64,000 bases of DNA, from IMG/VR virus record IMGVR_UViG_3300047408_000067, positions 1 to 64,000 of that record; one strand, 5' to 3'. The notes under the pieces are model-generated. The model searched no databases, was not told the DNA's origin, and saw nothing but the letters and a program-made list of their open reading frames with translations. How positions within the stretch are numbered: position 1 is the first letter of the stretch; each line of letters begins with the position of its first letter. The DNA comes from a virus. Shown in pieces: positions 18,480 to 27,794 of this stretch. The translations under genes were made by a program, and so were the position numbers.

Positions 18480-19987
18480 GGGTGTATGTGGAGCTCCTGT
18501 ATCGCCCTGGTGTATGCCACGTATTTCAGGTTCATTTCTTGCTCGATTTCCTCATCCTTCACAGCGCTTGGGTGTGGCATAAGCTCTGGGTGGATGATGT
18601 GGACAATGTGGCTCTCAAGCCCCTTGGCCCGATGCACTGTGCTCATTAGCACAAACTTGGTCCTGTCCGCACCAGCCTGCACATCGGCAAAGATGAGATT
18701 GATACGGTCCAGTACCTGCTGTACCGTTTCCATTCCCTGGCACAGTGCGTCGATGCAATCACACTTGTCTGCCAGTACCTGAAGCTTGGCTTCGTTGCTG
18801 ATAGCCTTGTTGGGGTCAGCAGTAAGACGCGTTACTTCCTTGGCACGCCATTCACTTAGGCGCACCCCAAGATCAACGACTGTGTCATGGGGTGCTGCGT
18901 GACGCTTGATTAGCTTGGCTAGGTCTTGGCCAAACTCACGCCCCTGGATTTTGACGGGCACGTTGTTGGCAATCAGTTGGTAGGCCGCACTGACCAGTGG
19001 TGCATTCGTGCGACACAGCACCATGTGACTGCGCATAAACTCCAGCTTGGAGCTACGCACAACCTCACCAAAGTCTAGGTCTGGCTCACCCTCTGCGCCC
19101 GCAGCTTTCCACGCTGCATATCGAATCCACAGGTCTTGTGGGCACTCGAACTCGGGTACAATTGATTGTGCCAATTCCACTACAACGGGTGGGCAGCGTC
19201 GCGTGACTGTTAGCGGCAGTACCTTGACTGGCCTGTTGGTCTCTTCCAGCATGCGCTGCATGTTCGCCATGCTACGCGCATCAGCACCCCTGAACCTGTA
19301 GATGGCTTGGTGCTCATCTCCCACCAAGATAACACGCGCACCAGACGTGAGCACCATTTCTTGCTGCACGCGGTTCAAGTCCTGGCTCTCGTCCACAAAC
19401 AACACGTCGAACTTCTCAATGGGCAAGCCTAAGACAACAGGCAGATACAGCATGTCGTCGAAGTCAATGGTACCCAGGTCCGACTTGCTCTTGGTCAAGC
19501 ACATGCGCACCAGATTACAGATGGCCTTGGCGCTCTCTTCCAGCTCAATGCCATACTCGGCAGCCAGCCCAACAAGATTCTCGTTGGTGGGTTCCGTCAG
19601 TGTGTTCTTGCACAGGCTCACCAGTTTGAGCGTGGCGCTTCTCACCAGAGGTGCTGCCATTGGCGGCAGCATCTTAGCCACCTTGTCCTGGTCCAGCAGT
19701 TCTTTTATCTGGCGCTTGGTGTGCCTCACAATGGCTTGCCCGCCGAGGCTATGCAATGTCGCCGTACGAACACCACGCGGTACCTTGGTGAATAATTCGT
19801 CAGCGATAATTTTGCTGAAGCAGACAAAGGCCACTTTCTTGCCACGAGGCAGCACTTTCAGTGCCTCGATTATGGTAGTGGTCTTGCCCGTCCCAGCAAG
19901 CGCTTTGATAATGAGGTGGCAGTCTTCGTGCTGACACACCCCCATTATGTCCACCTGCTGTTGACTAAGCGTAAATGCCACGTTCAC
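18476..19987 (-). CDS. SF1 (UvrD/Rep-like) DNA helicase
   Basis: ALAGTGKTT, VDESQD, VGDEHQAIYRFRGA, STVHRAKGLE, YVAYTRA. Confidence 0.93.
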   Translation of the reverse strand: MNVAFTLSQQQVDIMGVCQHEDCHLIIKALAGTGKTTTIIEALKVLPRGKKVAFVCFSKIIADELFTKVPRGVRTATLHSLGGQAIVRHTKRQIKELLDQDKVAKMLPPMAAPLVRSATLKLVSLCKNTLTEPTNENLVGLAAEYGIELEESAKAICNLVRMCLTKSKSDLGTIDFDDMLYLPVVLGLPIEKFDVLFVDESQDLNRVQQEMVLTSGARVILVGDEHQAIYRFRGADARSMANMQRMLEETNRPVKVLPLTVTRRCPPVVVELAQSIVPEFECPQDLWIRYAAWKAAGAEGEPDLDFGEVVRSSKLEFMRSHMVLCRTNAPLVSAAYQLIANNVPVKIQGREFGQDLAKLIKRHAAPHDTVVDLGVRLSEWRAKEVTRLTADPNKAISNEAKLQVLADKCDCIDALCQGMETVQQVLDRINLIFADVQAGADRTKFVLMSTVHRAKGLESHIVHIIHPELMPHPSAVKDEEIEQEMNLKYVAYTRAIQELHIHP

Positions 19988-20068
19988 TCCCGTACCCTTT
20001 CATATGCGCTAGCCCTGGCTGCCGCATGGGTACATTGTGCGGCATAAGAAGCTCCCAGGGCAATCCCG

Positions 20069-20407
20069 TTAGGATAGTACCTTGGAATGGTACCTGAACT
20101 CGGGGTTCTCCCGAACAATACGTTTCGCTTCTTCACTGAAGCAATCCATAATGTTGCGGAGCTGGATTTCTGCTTCTTCGACGATGTGTTCCCAGCTCTG
20201 ATTGCTGGTTTGTCCATCACCCCACTTGGCAGGTAGAACGTCACTGAAATACTCCGACGCCATGCCGTACGGACTAGGGGTGTTGTCCATCGCGTGGATG
20301 GCCTCACGAGTCAGAGCTACTTGAATATATCGTAAGGCCAAAAGTCGGGCCTGATCTGTCGTTAGTCTACGCTTCTTGGGCACCCTTCCACTCCTGTAAG
20401 GCCGCAA
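20069..20407 (-). CDS. Hypothetical protein
   Basis: ORF in array; start uncertain. Confidence 0.55.
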   Translation of the reverse strand: MRPYRSGRVPKKRRLTTDQARLLALRYIQVALTREAIHAMDNTPSPYGMASEYFSDVLPAKWGDGQTSNQSWEHIVEEAEIQLRNIMDCFSEEAKRIVRENPEFRYHSKVLS

Positions 20408-20591
20408 TCAAGCGGTCCACTCCTTCTGCATTGAAGTGCAGCGCCGCAGCCGAGCCTGCATCTGGTGCGGTGAACACCCACACACGCGGCTCTTCCGCAC
20501 TGCTGGATTCCTGTACGCGCACCATGACACCATACGTGTCCTTGAACTCGTCGTAGATGTCAAACCCGCGTGGGTTCTGCCGTACTGGCAT
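20367..20591 (-). CDS. Hypothetical phage protein
   Basis: MPVRQNPRGF...FKDTYG...VQESSSA...VW. Confidence 0.6.
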   Translation of the reverse strand: MPVRQNPRGFDIYDEFKDTYGVMVRVQESSSAEEPRVWVFTAPDAGSAAALHFNAEGVDRLIAALQEWKGAQEA

Positions 20592-20764
20592 TAGTTGTCC
20601 ACCTCTTCGACGATGGCCTGCTGTGTGGCATCCATCAGCTTTTCCCACACGTGAGATGGCACAATCACCGACTTTTTGCTGGTTTCCGACTGGTGTGGCT
20701 CTGCCTGTCGCTCAGCCATGCGGCGAGCAGACAACAGGGCGATAAGGGTTTGGTCTTTCATCAT
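20591..20764 (-). CDS. Hypothetical 57-aa protein
   Basis: MMKDQTLIALL...; fills gap with overlaps at both ends. Confidence 0.5.
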   Translation of the reverse strand: MMKDQTLIALLSARRMAERQAEPHQSETSKKSVIVPSHVWEKLMDATQQAIVEEVDN

Positions 20765-21000
20765 GGCAGCCTTTCTATTGTGGGAATTGGGGCGTCCAGC
20801 TCAATGCCATTGAGATACCAGCCCATCTTTTGGACGTCCCAGAAGTACCTGGCCTTGCAGGTCATGCACTGCGCGGCGGGGACGTAGCTGGTCAACTGAA
20901 ACTTCACGCGGGCAGGCACTGTGACTTTGCCATCACAGCGAGGGCAAGAGGCTTCTCTTGCCGTGCCGTCGATAATCTGTGCCGCAAGGCTATCGGGCAA
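20761..21000 (-). CDS. Zinc-ribbon protein
   Basis: CPRC...CMTC. Confidence 0.55.
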   Translation of the reverse strand: MPDSLAAQIIDGTAREASCPRCDGKVTVPARVKFQLTSYVPAAQCMTCKARYFWDVQKMGWYLNGIELDAPIPTIERLP

Positions 21001-21199
21001 GGCTGGTTTCCTCAGGCTCCACTACCTGGTGACCAGGACTAATGTTGAAGAGCAACGTAGGGTTCTGCTCCGACATAGCAGTTACCATTTCGTACACGCT
21101 GTCTTCTCGGACATCGTCGTAGATACCAAGAATCTCAAACGCATCGAATGGGTTTTTGGTATCCGCCACATCTGTGCGGTAAATCGTCACAACAATCAT
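20990..21199 (-). CDS. Hypothetical protein
   Basis: AAGGAG RBS, 69 aa. Confidence 0.6.
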   Translation of the reverse strand: MIVVTIYRTDVADTKNPFDAFEILGIYDDVREDSVYEMVTAMSEQNPTLLFNISPGHQVVEPEETSLAR

Positions 21200-21226
21200 A
21201 GCACACTCCTTTTCTTTAGGCGGTAC

Positions 21227-21598
21227 CTAGTGCCGCTTGCCCATAGTATGCAGCATATGAGTGTCCATAGGCAATCCTAGCATGAGTCTTGCCCTGTACA
21301 TGGTGGCTGCTTTCTTGCCCGTGGGACTCAGCCTGCGCTGAAGGTACTTAGTCAAGCACTCTTTACAGCGGCCAGATCCATAGAAGCCCCACACGTCCGT
21401 AGCAGACCCAGGCTTGTATCCCTTGAATCTACCCTTGACCAACACCTTATTCTGCTTCACGGTTTTCTTGCCACAAAGCGTCATACCTTCACGGGCCAAT
21501 ACGTGGCGATTGGTATGGTAGTCCTCGGTCAACATGATGCAGGCACCCTTGAACCCTAGTGCCCAGAGAAGCTGAGTTGGTATCATAATTCCAGACAA
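21227..21598 (-). CDS. Hypothetical basic protein
   Basis: H..LCG...CKEC; start uncertain. Confidence 0.5.
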   Translation of the reverse strand: MSGIMIPTQLLWALGFKGACIMLTEDYHTNRHVLAREGMTLCGKKTVKQNKVLVKGRFKGYKPGSATDVWGFYGSGRCKECLTKYLQRRLSPTGKKAATMYRARLMLGLPMDTHMLHTMGKRH

Positions 21599-21631
21599 AG
21601 AAAAGGGGCGGGGCCTGTCACACCCCGCCCC
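21597..21631 (-). terminator. Intrinsic terminator
   Basis: 9-bp GC stem followed by TTTTCTTT. Confidence 0.8.
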
Positions 21632-21909
21632 AATCTCGGCGGAGAAAAGGAGCTAACTCCGCCAAGCCAGAAAGCTCGACGGGGATCGAAGAAGTGTGAA
21701 CAACACCATCCCCGCCGAGCCGCTTGCAGCCCACACCACGTTTTAGATCTCAGTGTTCTGCCCCACAAGATCCTTACAGGGAAGCCCTAGCCCTGACAGG
21801 CCAATAGGCTTATATGCCCCTGCGTCTTCGGGTGTCAGCCCGAAGTCCACATATATAACGCACTCCTAGCCTCGCCGCATGGAGGGAGTGAAGCTCGACA
21901 TGCGGCATG
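21597..21909 (-). ncRNA. Candidate ~310-nt structured non-coding RNA
   Basis: Promoter TTGGAA-N17-TATAGT (21943-21915), four or more long hairpins, ends in GGGGCGGGG/CCCCGCCCC-TTTT terminator; no convincing long ORF. Confidence 0.6.
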
Positions 21910-21952
21910 GGCAGACTATACATAGCTTAGGCGTTGTTTCCAACGGTCTGCT

Positions 21953-22228
21953 CTAAGCCGATATCACGTGTGGTGGCGGGACAGGCACATGGAAGATGCG
22001 CCCATCCTTATGCTGTATCCTGCGCCCAATGGGCTTGAAACCGCCACGGTTCCACTGGTAGATTGATAGTTCTCTTTCGAAGTTGTGGTCCCAATACGCC
22101 CACGCCTTTTCGTAGTACATTGTGTAGACCACTGGTATCACTCCCTCGCCTAGGGATTTTGGCTTCACTCCAACGACGTACATGCCATCTACCATGTACG
22201 GCCTGTTTTGATACAGGCGTTCTCCCAT
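21953..22228 (-). CDS. Hypothetical protein
   Basis: 91 aa, GAGGG RBS. Confidence 0.55.
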   Translation of the reverse strand: MGERLYQNRPYMVDGMYVVGVKPKSLGEGVIPVVYTMYYEKAWAYWDHNFERELSIYQWNRGGFKPIGRRIQHKDGRIFHVPVPPPHVISA

Positions 22229-22675
22229 TGCCCTCTATGCTCCAGGCTGCCAGTCTTGCCACTGCTACGCCTTGGTACAGTGTAGCAGCTAAGACTGTTC
22301 CGGTGCAAGTGGCCTGTTGAGAGGCATTTGATCGTGTTTGCGGTAGCAATCTACGCTGCAGAAGATGTCTGTACCAAACTCAATCGTTTGGCCCTTCTTC
22401 GCTGTTGCGAAGCGGTACACCATCGGTTTCAGCAGGTGGCAGAAGACACAGGGCGTCTTGTTGATAAAGTTCTTGGTCCCCTGGCTGAACAGTAGGGTAT
22501 CCTCGTTGTCGTACGTCCCCACTAAACGAAAAGGTTTGCCACGCGGCTTTGCATTGGTCACAGATGATGTCGCCTCCTGGCACCGACATGCCACAATCGA
22601 CGCATAACCCTGGCGGGAACTCTAACGAACCATGCGGCAGAGGACAGTCATCCTCGATGCAGTAGCACAGTCGCG

Positions 22676-22882
22676 TCATGCTTTTGACTCAAACTGGTCC
22701 AGCGTTACCCCACACCTGATTCCGTCATCTGACGAAATTACAGAACTAACCACTTCGACATCCCAGCCAGTGTGGGCGTCATGGTCCAGCACTCGGACCA
22801 GTTCGCGTGGGTTCTCGTAATCTACTTCATCACCAACATGGGTAGCCCGAAGCCACCACAGCTCGCCAACCTCAGGTGTCAC
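22676..22882 (-). CDS. Hypothetical protein
   Basis: VTPEVGELWWLR...; GTGA overlap. Confidence 0.5.
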   Translation of the reverse strand: MTPEVGELWWLRATHVGDEVDYENPRELVRVLDHDAHTGWDVEVVSSVISSDDGIRCGVTLDQFESKA

Positions 22883-23277
22883 GGCAGGTTGCCATCCCGC
22901 TTGTTGCACTCGTCTTCCATCTGCCCGATAAAGGCATCCACTACACCAATCACTGTGGCGGCGGCATTGAGCCACTCGTTTTCGTCTGGGTCTTCGTCGC
23001 CCGTAACCTGCCCCTTGAACAGGTCCTCGGAGCACCCGTCTTCCAGATACTCCAATACGTCCGGAGGTATGACGTCTTCCCATGCTTCCCACCCAACGGT
23101 GCCGTTGAATGTACCAAGCATGACCTTGAACGCCGTGGCCTCAATCCAGCGCCACTGCTCTTCCGTCCATTGGTAGTTGTACTCGACCTTTCCCTTTGCC
23201 AGAGAATTGCTATCCCACTTGGTAGCCTCTGCCAACTCGATGGTCAATGTCAGCTTGCGCGTTGCTGTATCCGTCAC
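22879..23277 (-). CDS. Hypothetical acidic protein
   Basis: 132 aa, coupled. Confidence 0.65.
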   Translation of the reverse strand: MTDTATRKLTLTIELAEATKWDSNSLAKGKVEYNYQWTEEQWRWIEATAFKVMLGTFNGTVGWEAWEDVIPPDVLEYLEDGCSEDLFKGQVTGDEDPDENEWLNAAATVIGVVDAFIGQMEDECNKRDGNLP

Positions 23278-23459
23278 TCCAACGTTTCTCCTGGTACGAA
23301 CTCACCCTTTACCCACCGCACAAAGAAACCAGCTTGCTCCATGTACGTTTTCTGAGACTTGGGTGTCATCAGGCTACCTTGCACGGTCTCAATGTACTCT
23401 TGCAGCAGACCCTCAAGCTGCTTGAGCGCCCTTGCGCTCACAACAATTTCCTTGTCCAT
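23274..23459 (-). CDS. Hypothetical protein
   Basis: AGGAG RBS before MDKEIVV. Confidence 0.6.
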   Translation of the reverse strand: MDKEIVVSARALKQLEGLLQEYIETVQGSLMTPKSQKTYMEQAGFFVRWVKGEFVPGETLE

Positions 23460-23527
23460 TACACTCCTAGGCCCCATTGGGGGGTGCCATGCCAAAGTAT
23501 AGCATGGCAGACCCTCCCTGGCGTATC

Positions 23528-24061
23528 CTAGATGGCCATCCAAAGGCCAGTGCCGCCAGTGGTCATCTCATTATCCCCGACGTACCCTTCCAGACACGCG
23601 AAGCACAGATACACGAACGGGGCAGTGGTCTCAACCCTGACCAATGTGCTGTCGCACTCGTTGTTGTCTGGAATACTCACCGCCTTGGTGTCGTCCGTTG
23701 GATGCAGGAACTCGATTGCCTTGTACTGGTAGTGGGTCGGTTTTCCACACTCAGCACATTTGTGTGGGTAGTACGGGGAATCTTCCAGGTTGTCTTCCGG
23801 ATACGCCCCTTCCCACCACAAAGTGGTGTCTTTGAGACTGGCTTCCACTGCCTCCAGCACCTTGATGATGCCCGCCCCGTCCAACGTGTCGCTGGCGACT
23901 GGGCACATCCAGTTGCACTCGGGCTGAGTTGGTGGTGAAGTCCAACACTCTAGCCCCGCATCTTGCAGGGCCTTCTGGGCCACTTTGGTCTGCTCGAAAG
24001 TGCCGTTCGTCCAGACCAGGTACACACACCATTTCTTGGTGTCTTGCGTTACTGTTGCCAT
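23528..24061 (-). CDS. Hypothetical protein with CxxC (likely leaderless)
   Basis: ATG 5 nt after TATACT -10 box at 24072-24067. Confidence 0.65.
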   Translation of the reverse strand: MATVTQDTKKWCVYLVWTNGTFEQTKVAQKALQDAGLECWTSPPTQPECNWMCPVASDTLDGAGIIKVLEAVEASLKDTTLWWEGAYPEDNLEDSPYYPHKCAECGKPTHYQYKAIEFLHPTDDTKAVSIPDNNECDSTLVRVETTAPFVYLCFACLEGYVGDNEMTTGGTGLWMAI

Positions 24062-24097
24062 AGCAAAGTATACCACATAGACGGTGTTGTGTGCCTC

Positions 24098-24412
24098 CTA
24101 GCCCTGGAGTTTTGGAGGCTGAAACATGAGGTCTGTGAGTATGCCCTCAAAGGCTTCGGAGATGAAGTCATCCAAGTGCTCGAAACCAGTGCTCTGTACG
24201 AGAGCTTGACGCTCATCGTCGTCCCCCATAGCAAAGGTCTGCTTCTCGTCATCGGACAACTGGCTGGCCTGAGTCTCTGCCAGTTTCAGGGACGGAGTTA
24301 GGAAGAACGGCAGCTCTATGCTGCTGAATAGTTTCATTTGGTTATCTGCGGCCAGATTTTCCATCGTCTGGTACAGATGCGGGTACTCCGCCTTGAAGTC
24401 TTCCAGCGTCAT
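24098..24412 (-). CDS. Hypothetical protein
   Basis: 104 aa, AGGAG RBS. Confidence 0.65.
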   Translation of the reverse strand: MTLEDFKAEYPHLYQTMENLAADNQMKLFSSIELPFFLTPSLKLAETQASQLSDDEKQTFAMGDDDERQALVQSTGFEHLDDFISEAFEGILTDLMFQPPKLQG

Positions 24413-24843
24413 ACCTTCTCCTTTATCACAGTGCGCTTGCCAGTGCTGTCAATGCCAATGATTGTGGGCACGCCAGCCTTGAGGGCTTGGTTCACCATGT
24501 CTCGGGTGCCCTTGCTCTGGGACAGGTCGTCGTGGAACGCCAGCACAATATCTGGCGCTTCCCTCAACATCTCGCGGTTGCGCAAGGGACCAGCAGCACG
24601 ATGGTACTGGTCCCAATTGGCAGGGTGCGGATGCACCGTGTAGCCAAGACCTAACGCAAGGTCTCCAGCGATTGTGTCCACTCCACGTGCCGCGCCATGC
24701 ACAATCAATGGCGCGTGCATTAGGAAACCCTGGAGGGCGTCTAACACGACGCCACTATGTCCAGGGGTAGTCCAGTTCCGGTCGCCCGTAACCAGGATAG
24801 TAAGCTGCTTCTCAGGCAGTGACTGGGGTTGTCTTTCGACCAA
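24409..24843 (-). CDS. SLOG-family protein (DUF2493/YspA-like)
   Basis: ILVTGDRNW, VHGAARGVD, AAGPLRNREML, LAFH...SKGTRDMV. Confidence 0.85.
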   Translation of the reverse strand: MVERQPQSLPEKQLTILVTGDRNWTTPGHSGVVLDALQGFLMHAPLIVHGAARGVDTIAGDLALGLGYTVHPHPANWDQYHRAAGPLRNREMLREAPDIVLAFHDDLSQSKGTRDMVNQALKAGVPTIIGIDSTGKRTVIKEKV

Positions 24844-25147
24844 GGCTGCTCTTCCTTTTAGGTGGCTCTACCAGGGCGGCTTTCTCGTGGTAAATGGCCG
24901 TCTCGTACTCCTCGATGGCTTCCGACAGCTCTTCGTTCACGGCCTGAACGTAGCCGCGCATGTAATCCAGTACCTTGACGCTACGACGCGCAATAACACT
25001 GGCTTTGGGCGTAGAACTCAGGTCGTGTTTGATTGCACGTACCAGTTGGTCTACGGCTTTGTGGCGCAGGATAGCCTTAGCCATCCGCGTATAAGCCTCG
25101 TCTCTTGTGGGAGGCGGTGCTTCAGGTGTTTGTGTAGGCTGTGCCAT
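24812..25147 (-). CDS. Hypothetical protein (likely leaderless)
   Basis: ATG 6 nt after class-B -10 box. Confidence 0.6.
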   Translation of the reverse strand: MAQPTQTPEAPPPTRDEAYTRMAKAILRHKAVDQLVRAIKHDLSSTPKASVIARRSVKVLDYMRGYVQAVNEELSEAIEEYETAIYHEKAALVEPPKRKSSLGRKTTPVTA

Positions 25148-25153
25148 GTGCAT

Positions 25154-25174
25154 AGTATACCCGTACGAGCGTCT
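25154..25174 (-). promoter_or_regulatory. Class-B promoter AGACGCT-N8-TATACT
   Basis: Same motif family. Confidence 0.7.
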
Positions 25175-25195
25175 GTAACGCTATCCAGGGCACAG

Positions 25196-25222
25196 AAAAG
25201 GGGCTGCATGGTTAGCAGCCCC
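25196..25222 (-). terminator. Intrinsic terminator
   Basis: GGGGCTGC stem followed by TTTT on - strand. Confidence 0.75.
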
Positions 25223-25242
25223 ATGTGCCTGGAGACGCAGGG

Positions 25243-25536
25243 CTATTCCTCGTCTTCCTCTTCTTCGGTGTCGGCGTCCTCGTCCTCGGTTTCCTCGTCC
25301 TCATCCGGCTCAGGCTCTGGGGCCTTGTACGCCGTGATAAGTTGGCACGGACGGCGGTAGCCCGTCAGCTTGGTGCTGAGACCAAGTAGCACCTGTAGGT
25401 CTGCGACGACCTCACTAGTCCCGTGCTTGGCGAGAAACGCCACGGTGCGTTTCTTCATCAGGGCCTCTGCTTCGGGTGTTTTCCACTCCGGAAGCGGGGC
25501 TTTCTTGGCCTTGACGGCCGTTTTCACTGCTGCCAC
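25243..25536 (-). CDS. Small protein with basic N-terminus and acidic tail
   Basis: AAGGAG RBS; poly-D/E C-terminus. Confidence 0.7.
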   Translation of the reverse strand: MAAVKTAVKAKKAPLPEWKTPEAEALMKKRTVAFLAKHGTSEVVADLQVLLGLSTKLTGYRRPCQLITAYKAPEPEPDEDEETEDEDADTEEEEDEE

Positions 25537-25593
25537 GTCTTACTCCTTGCGCCTATGGCGCTTCTATTGGTATGCCTTGCTGCACACCCCTAC

Positions 25594-25623
25594 ATAATAC
25601 TGCCCGCGAGTTCCAACCTGCAA
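25594..25623 (-). promoter_or_regulatory. Class-A sigma70-like promoter TTGCAG-N18-TATTAT
   Basis: Intergenic; same TTGCA(G/A) -35 at 29557, 32931, 47585. Confidence 0.65.
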
Positions 25624-26100
25624 TCCCAACTGGGATTAGCACTTCTTTCAACCTTTCTTCTTGAACTGAACACAGTGTAGGCAGAGCAGATCCCTGCGCA
25701 TACGGCACATCTCTCCAGGGGGTGGCTTGTGACTAACAACAACTCCGCCGCAGTTCGTACAGTAGTGAGTACAGAGACCCGATTGAATCATCAGACGATT
25801 TCCTGTGTGGGAAATTTCTTGATTGTATTCCCGATAAACACACCAGGACTAGGGTGTTTCGCCAGCGTGCAGCACAACCTGGGATGGTAGCTGTCACCCA
25901 ACAGATAGGCGTATGCCTTGCGTCCATCGCGAAAGATCACCACCAGTGCCTTCATCCTGTTGTTGCGACCAATGAACAAGATGTGTGACGGCAGTGAGAT
26001 CACATGCCCATGGACGGCCAGGGCGGTCATAGAAAAAGGCCCGCTCCCTTGAGGGCACAAAGGAAACGGGCCTTCTCGATGACAGCGGGGATATGGCAAG

Positions 26101-26391
26101 TCACCCTGCTGCTTTGGTAACTATACCACGTTTGTGTTTCGCGGCGTGTAGACATTTGCCTACGATTATCTTCCTTTCCTTCATGAACCTGGACCATACT
26201 ATCACTATTATACGCGCACACGTTGGCGTGTTCCTGCACAACGCCTCAGTTATGGCGCGCTCGTTTGTAAGACCGAAGAACTCTGGTGTACCCCACACCG
26301 TGACAACGTATGGTCGTCTCTCGTTCTGTAACAGGACTCTCCACCCGTGACGCTTGCCATCGTCTGCACGGTAGAGTACGTCTACAATCAT
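26101..26391 (-). CDS. Hypothetical protein
   Basis: 96 aa, GAGGG RBS. Confidence 0.5.
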   Translation of the reverse strand: MIVDVLYRADDGKRHGWRVLLQNERRPYVVTVWGTPEFFGLTNERAITEALCRNTPTCARIIVIVWSRFMKERKIIVGKCLHAAKHKRGIVTKAAG

Positions 26392-26402
26392 TTTGCCCTC
26401 AG

Positions 26403-26684
26403 CTAACGCAGTGCGTCTACTTCACTCCAATGCGAGTCTGCCACGTGAATGCCCATCAGCCTCGCTGCACGTACTACTTCGCCCCTACCAACGTCATCTC
26501 TATCGGTGGTCACTACCGCCCCCACGGTTATGCGTAGGTGATAGTTGCCCTCATCTTTGGGCCTGACGGCGAAGTACCTCTCTGTACCTCCTCCTCTTGG
26601 TATCTCATGCCAGACACAGGCTGGCACAATCCTACGTGCCAGCATCATCTTGCTCTTGCCCAGGTAAGTAAACATACCTAACAC
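26403..26684 (-). CDS. Hypothetical protein
   Basis: ORF in array; start uncertain. Confidence 0.45.
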   Translation of the reverse strand: MLGMFTYLGKSKMMLARRIVPACVWHEIPRGGGTERYFAVRPKDEGNYHLRITVGAVVTTDRDDVGRGEVVRAARLMGIHVADSHWSEVDALR

Positions 26685-26723
26685 ATACTACAGCTTAGCG
26701 ATGTCTAAATGCAAGTGCCACGA

Positions 26724-26752
26724 GAAAAGGGCAGGGGTGCTATCCCCTGCCC
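26724..26752 (-). terminator. Intrinsic terminator
   Basis: GGGCAGGGG/CCCCTGCCC stem + TTTT. Confidence 0.8.
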
Positions 26753-26764
26753 AACCCCCGCTAG

Positions 26765-27778
26765 TTAGTCGGCGTCCGCGTCCTTGGCTTTCCAGATGCG
26801 GTACGTGCCCGCCTCCTCGTTGTGGCGCATGACCAGGCCCAGGTCGTCGGCGTGGTTGTAAATCCAGCCGATGTTCATGCTGGTGTAGTTCTGGTCCTTC
26901 TCCGACAGCGTGGTCTTGGTCGACTTGGCCCATGCACGGTGCAGGCGCTTCGCTTCCGTAATCACGTTCTCGGGCTTGCCAGCGCCGTCACTGTCGGCCA
27001 GCTCAGCCTTGCTCACCAGTTTCAGCGCCTGATACACGAAGTAGCGCTTGGCACCGATGGTGGACGGGTTACCCCACCCGCTGGTGTCGACCTTCGGCAC
27101 TGCGGCTTTCTTGACCGCGCCGTTGGCCTTCGCCTTGGTTGGGCGTGCCTCTGGCTCGTCCTCTTCCTCGTAGTCCGCAGCCGCACGCTTGGTGCTGGTC
27201 TTGGCCGCGACCTTGGCGACTGCCGCTTTCTTGGCAGGCCGCGTAACCACGACTTCCTCTTCCTCCTCGTCGGGGACTTCGTCCTCGTCGTCCTCATCGT
27301 CCTCGACAACGGGGGCCTTGGCCTTCACTGGCGCGGCTTTCTTGGCAGGCGCAGCGGTGGCTTTCTTGGCGGCGGGGCGCCCGACGACTTCCTCTTCCTC
27401 CTCGTCGTCATCCTCGTCGTCCTCATCATCTTCCTCGTCCTCGTCGTCCTCGTCCTCGACTACGACGCGCTTGGCCGTGGGCTTCGTTGGGGCCTTGGCT
27501 GCGGCTTTCTTGGCTGTGGGCTTGACAACGACTTCTTCCTCCTCGTCGTCCTCCTCATCCTCGTCGCCTTCGTCCTCCCCATCGGTGTCCTCGTCCTCTT
27601 CCTCTGCGTCTTCCTCCTCGTCGGTCTCCTCAGCCGCCCCGCTGGACTGCTCCATTGCTTTGGCGCAATCGGCGTGGTACGGGTCGTCGTCGATAATCAC
27701 TGGCTTGCCCGTGGCGATTGGTTTGTCACACAGCGTGCAAACCACTGGTGTCTTGCTCTTGCTCTTTGCTTCGGCCAT
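26765..27778 (-). CDS. Zn-finger + long acidic/basic disordered region + C-terminal globular domain
   Basis: CTLC...YHADC; three D/E tracts alternating with KPAAKK tracts; AGGAG RBS and own terminator. Confidence 0.85.
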   Translation of the reverse strand: MAEAKSKSKTPVVCTLCDKPIATGKPVIIDDDPYHADCAKAMEQSSGAAEETDEEEDAEEEDEDTDGEDEGDEDEEDDEEEEVVVKPTAKKAAAKAPTKPTAKRVVVEDEDDEDEEDDEDDEDDDEEEEEVVGRPAAKKATAAPAKKAAPVKAKAPVVEDDEDDEDEVPDEEEEEVVVTRPAKKAAVAKVAAKTSTKRAAADYEEEDEPEARPTKAKANGAVKKAAVPKVDTSGWGNPSTIGAKRYFVYQALKLVSKAELADSDGAGKPENVITEAKRLHRAWAKSTKTTLSEKDQNYTSMNIGWIYNHADDLGLVMRHNEEAGTYRIWKAKDADAD

Positions 27779-27794
27779 TAGCCCGCTAAACTCC

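Noticed and set aside
21597-21909. tRNA, tmRNA, SRP or RNase P identity
   Set aside because: No cloverleaf, T-loop, SRP GGAA domain or RNase P consensus recognisable
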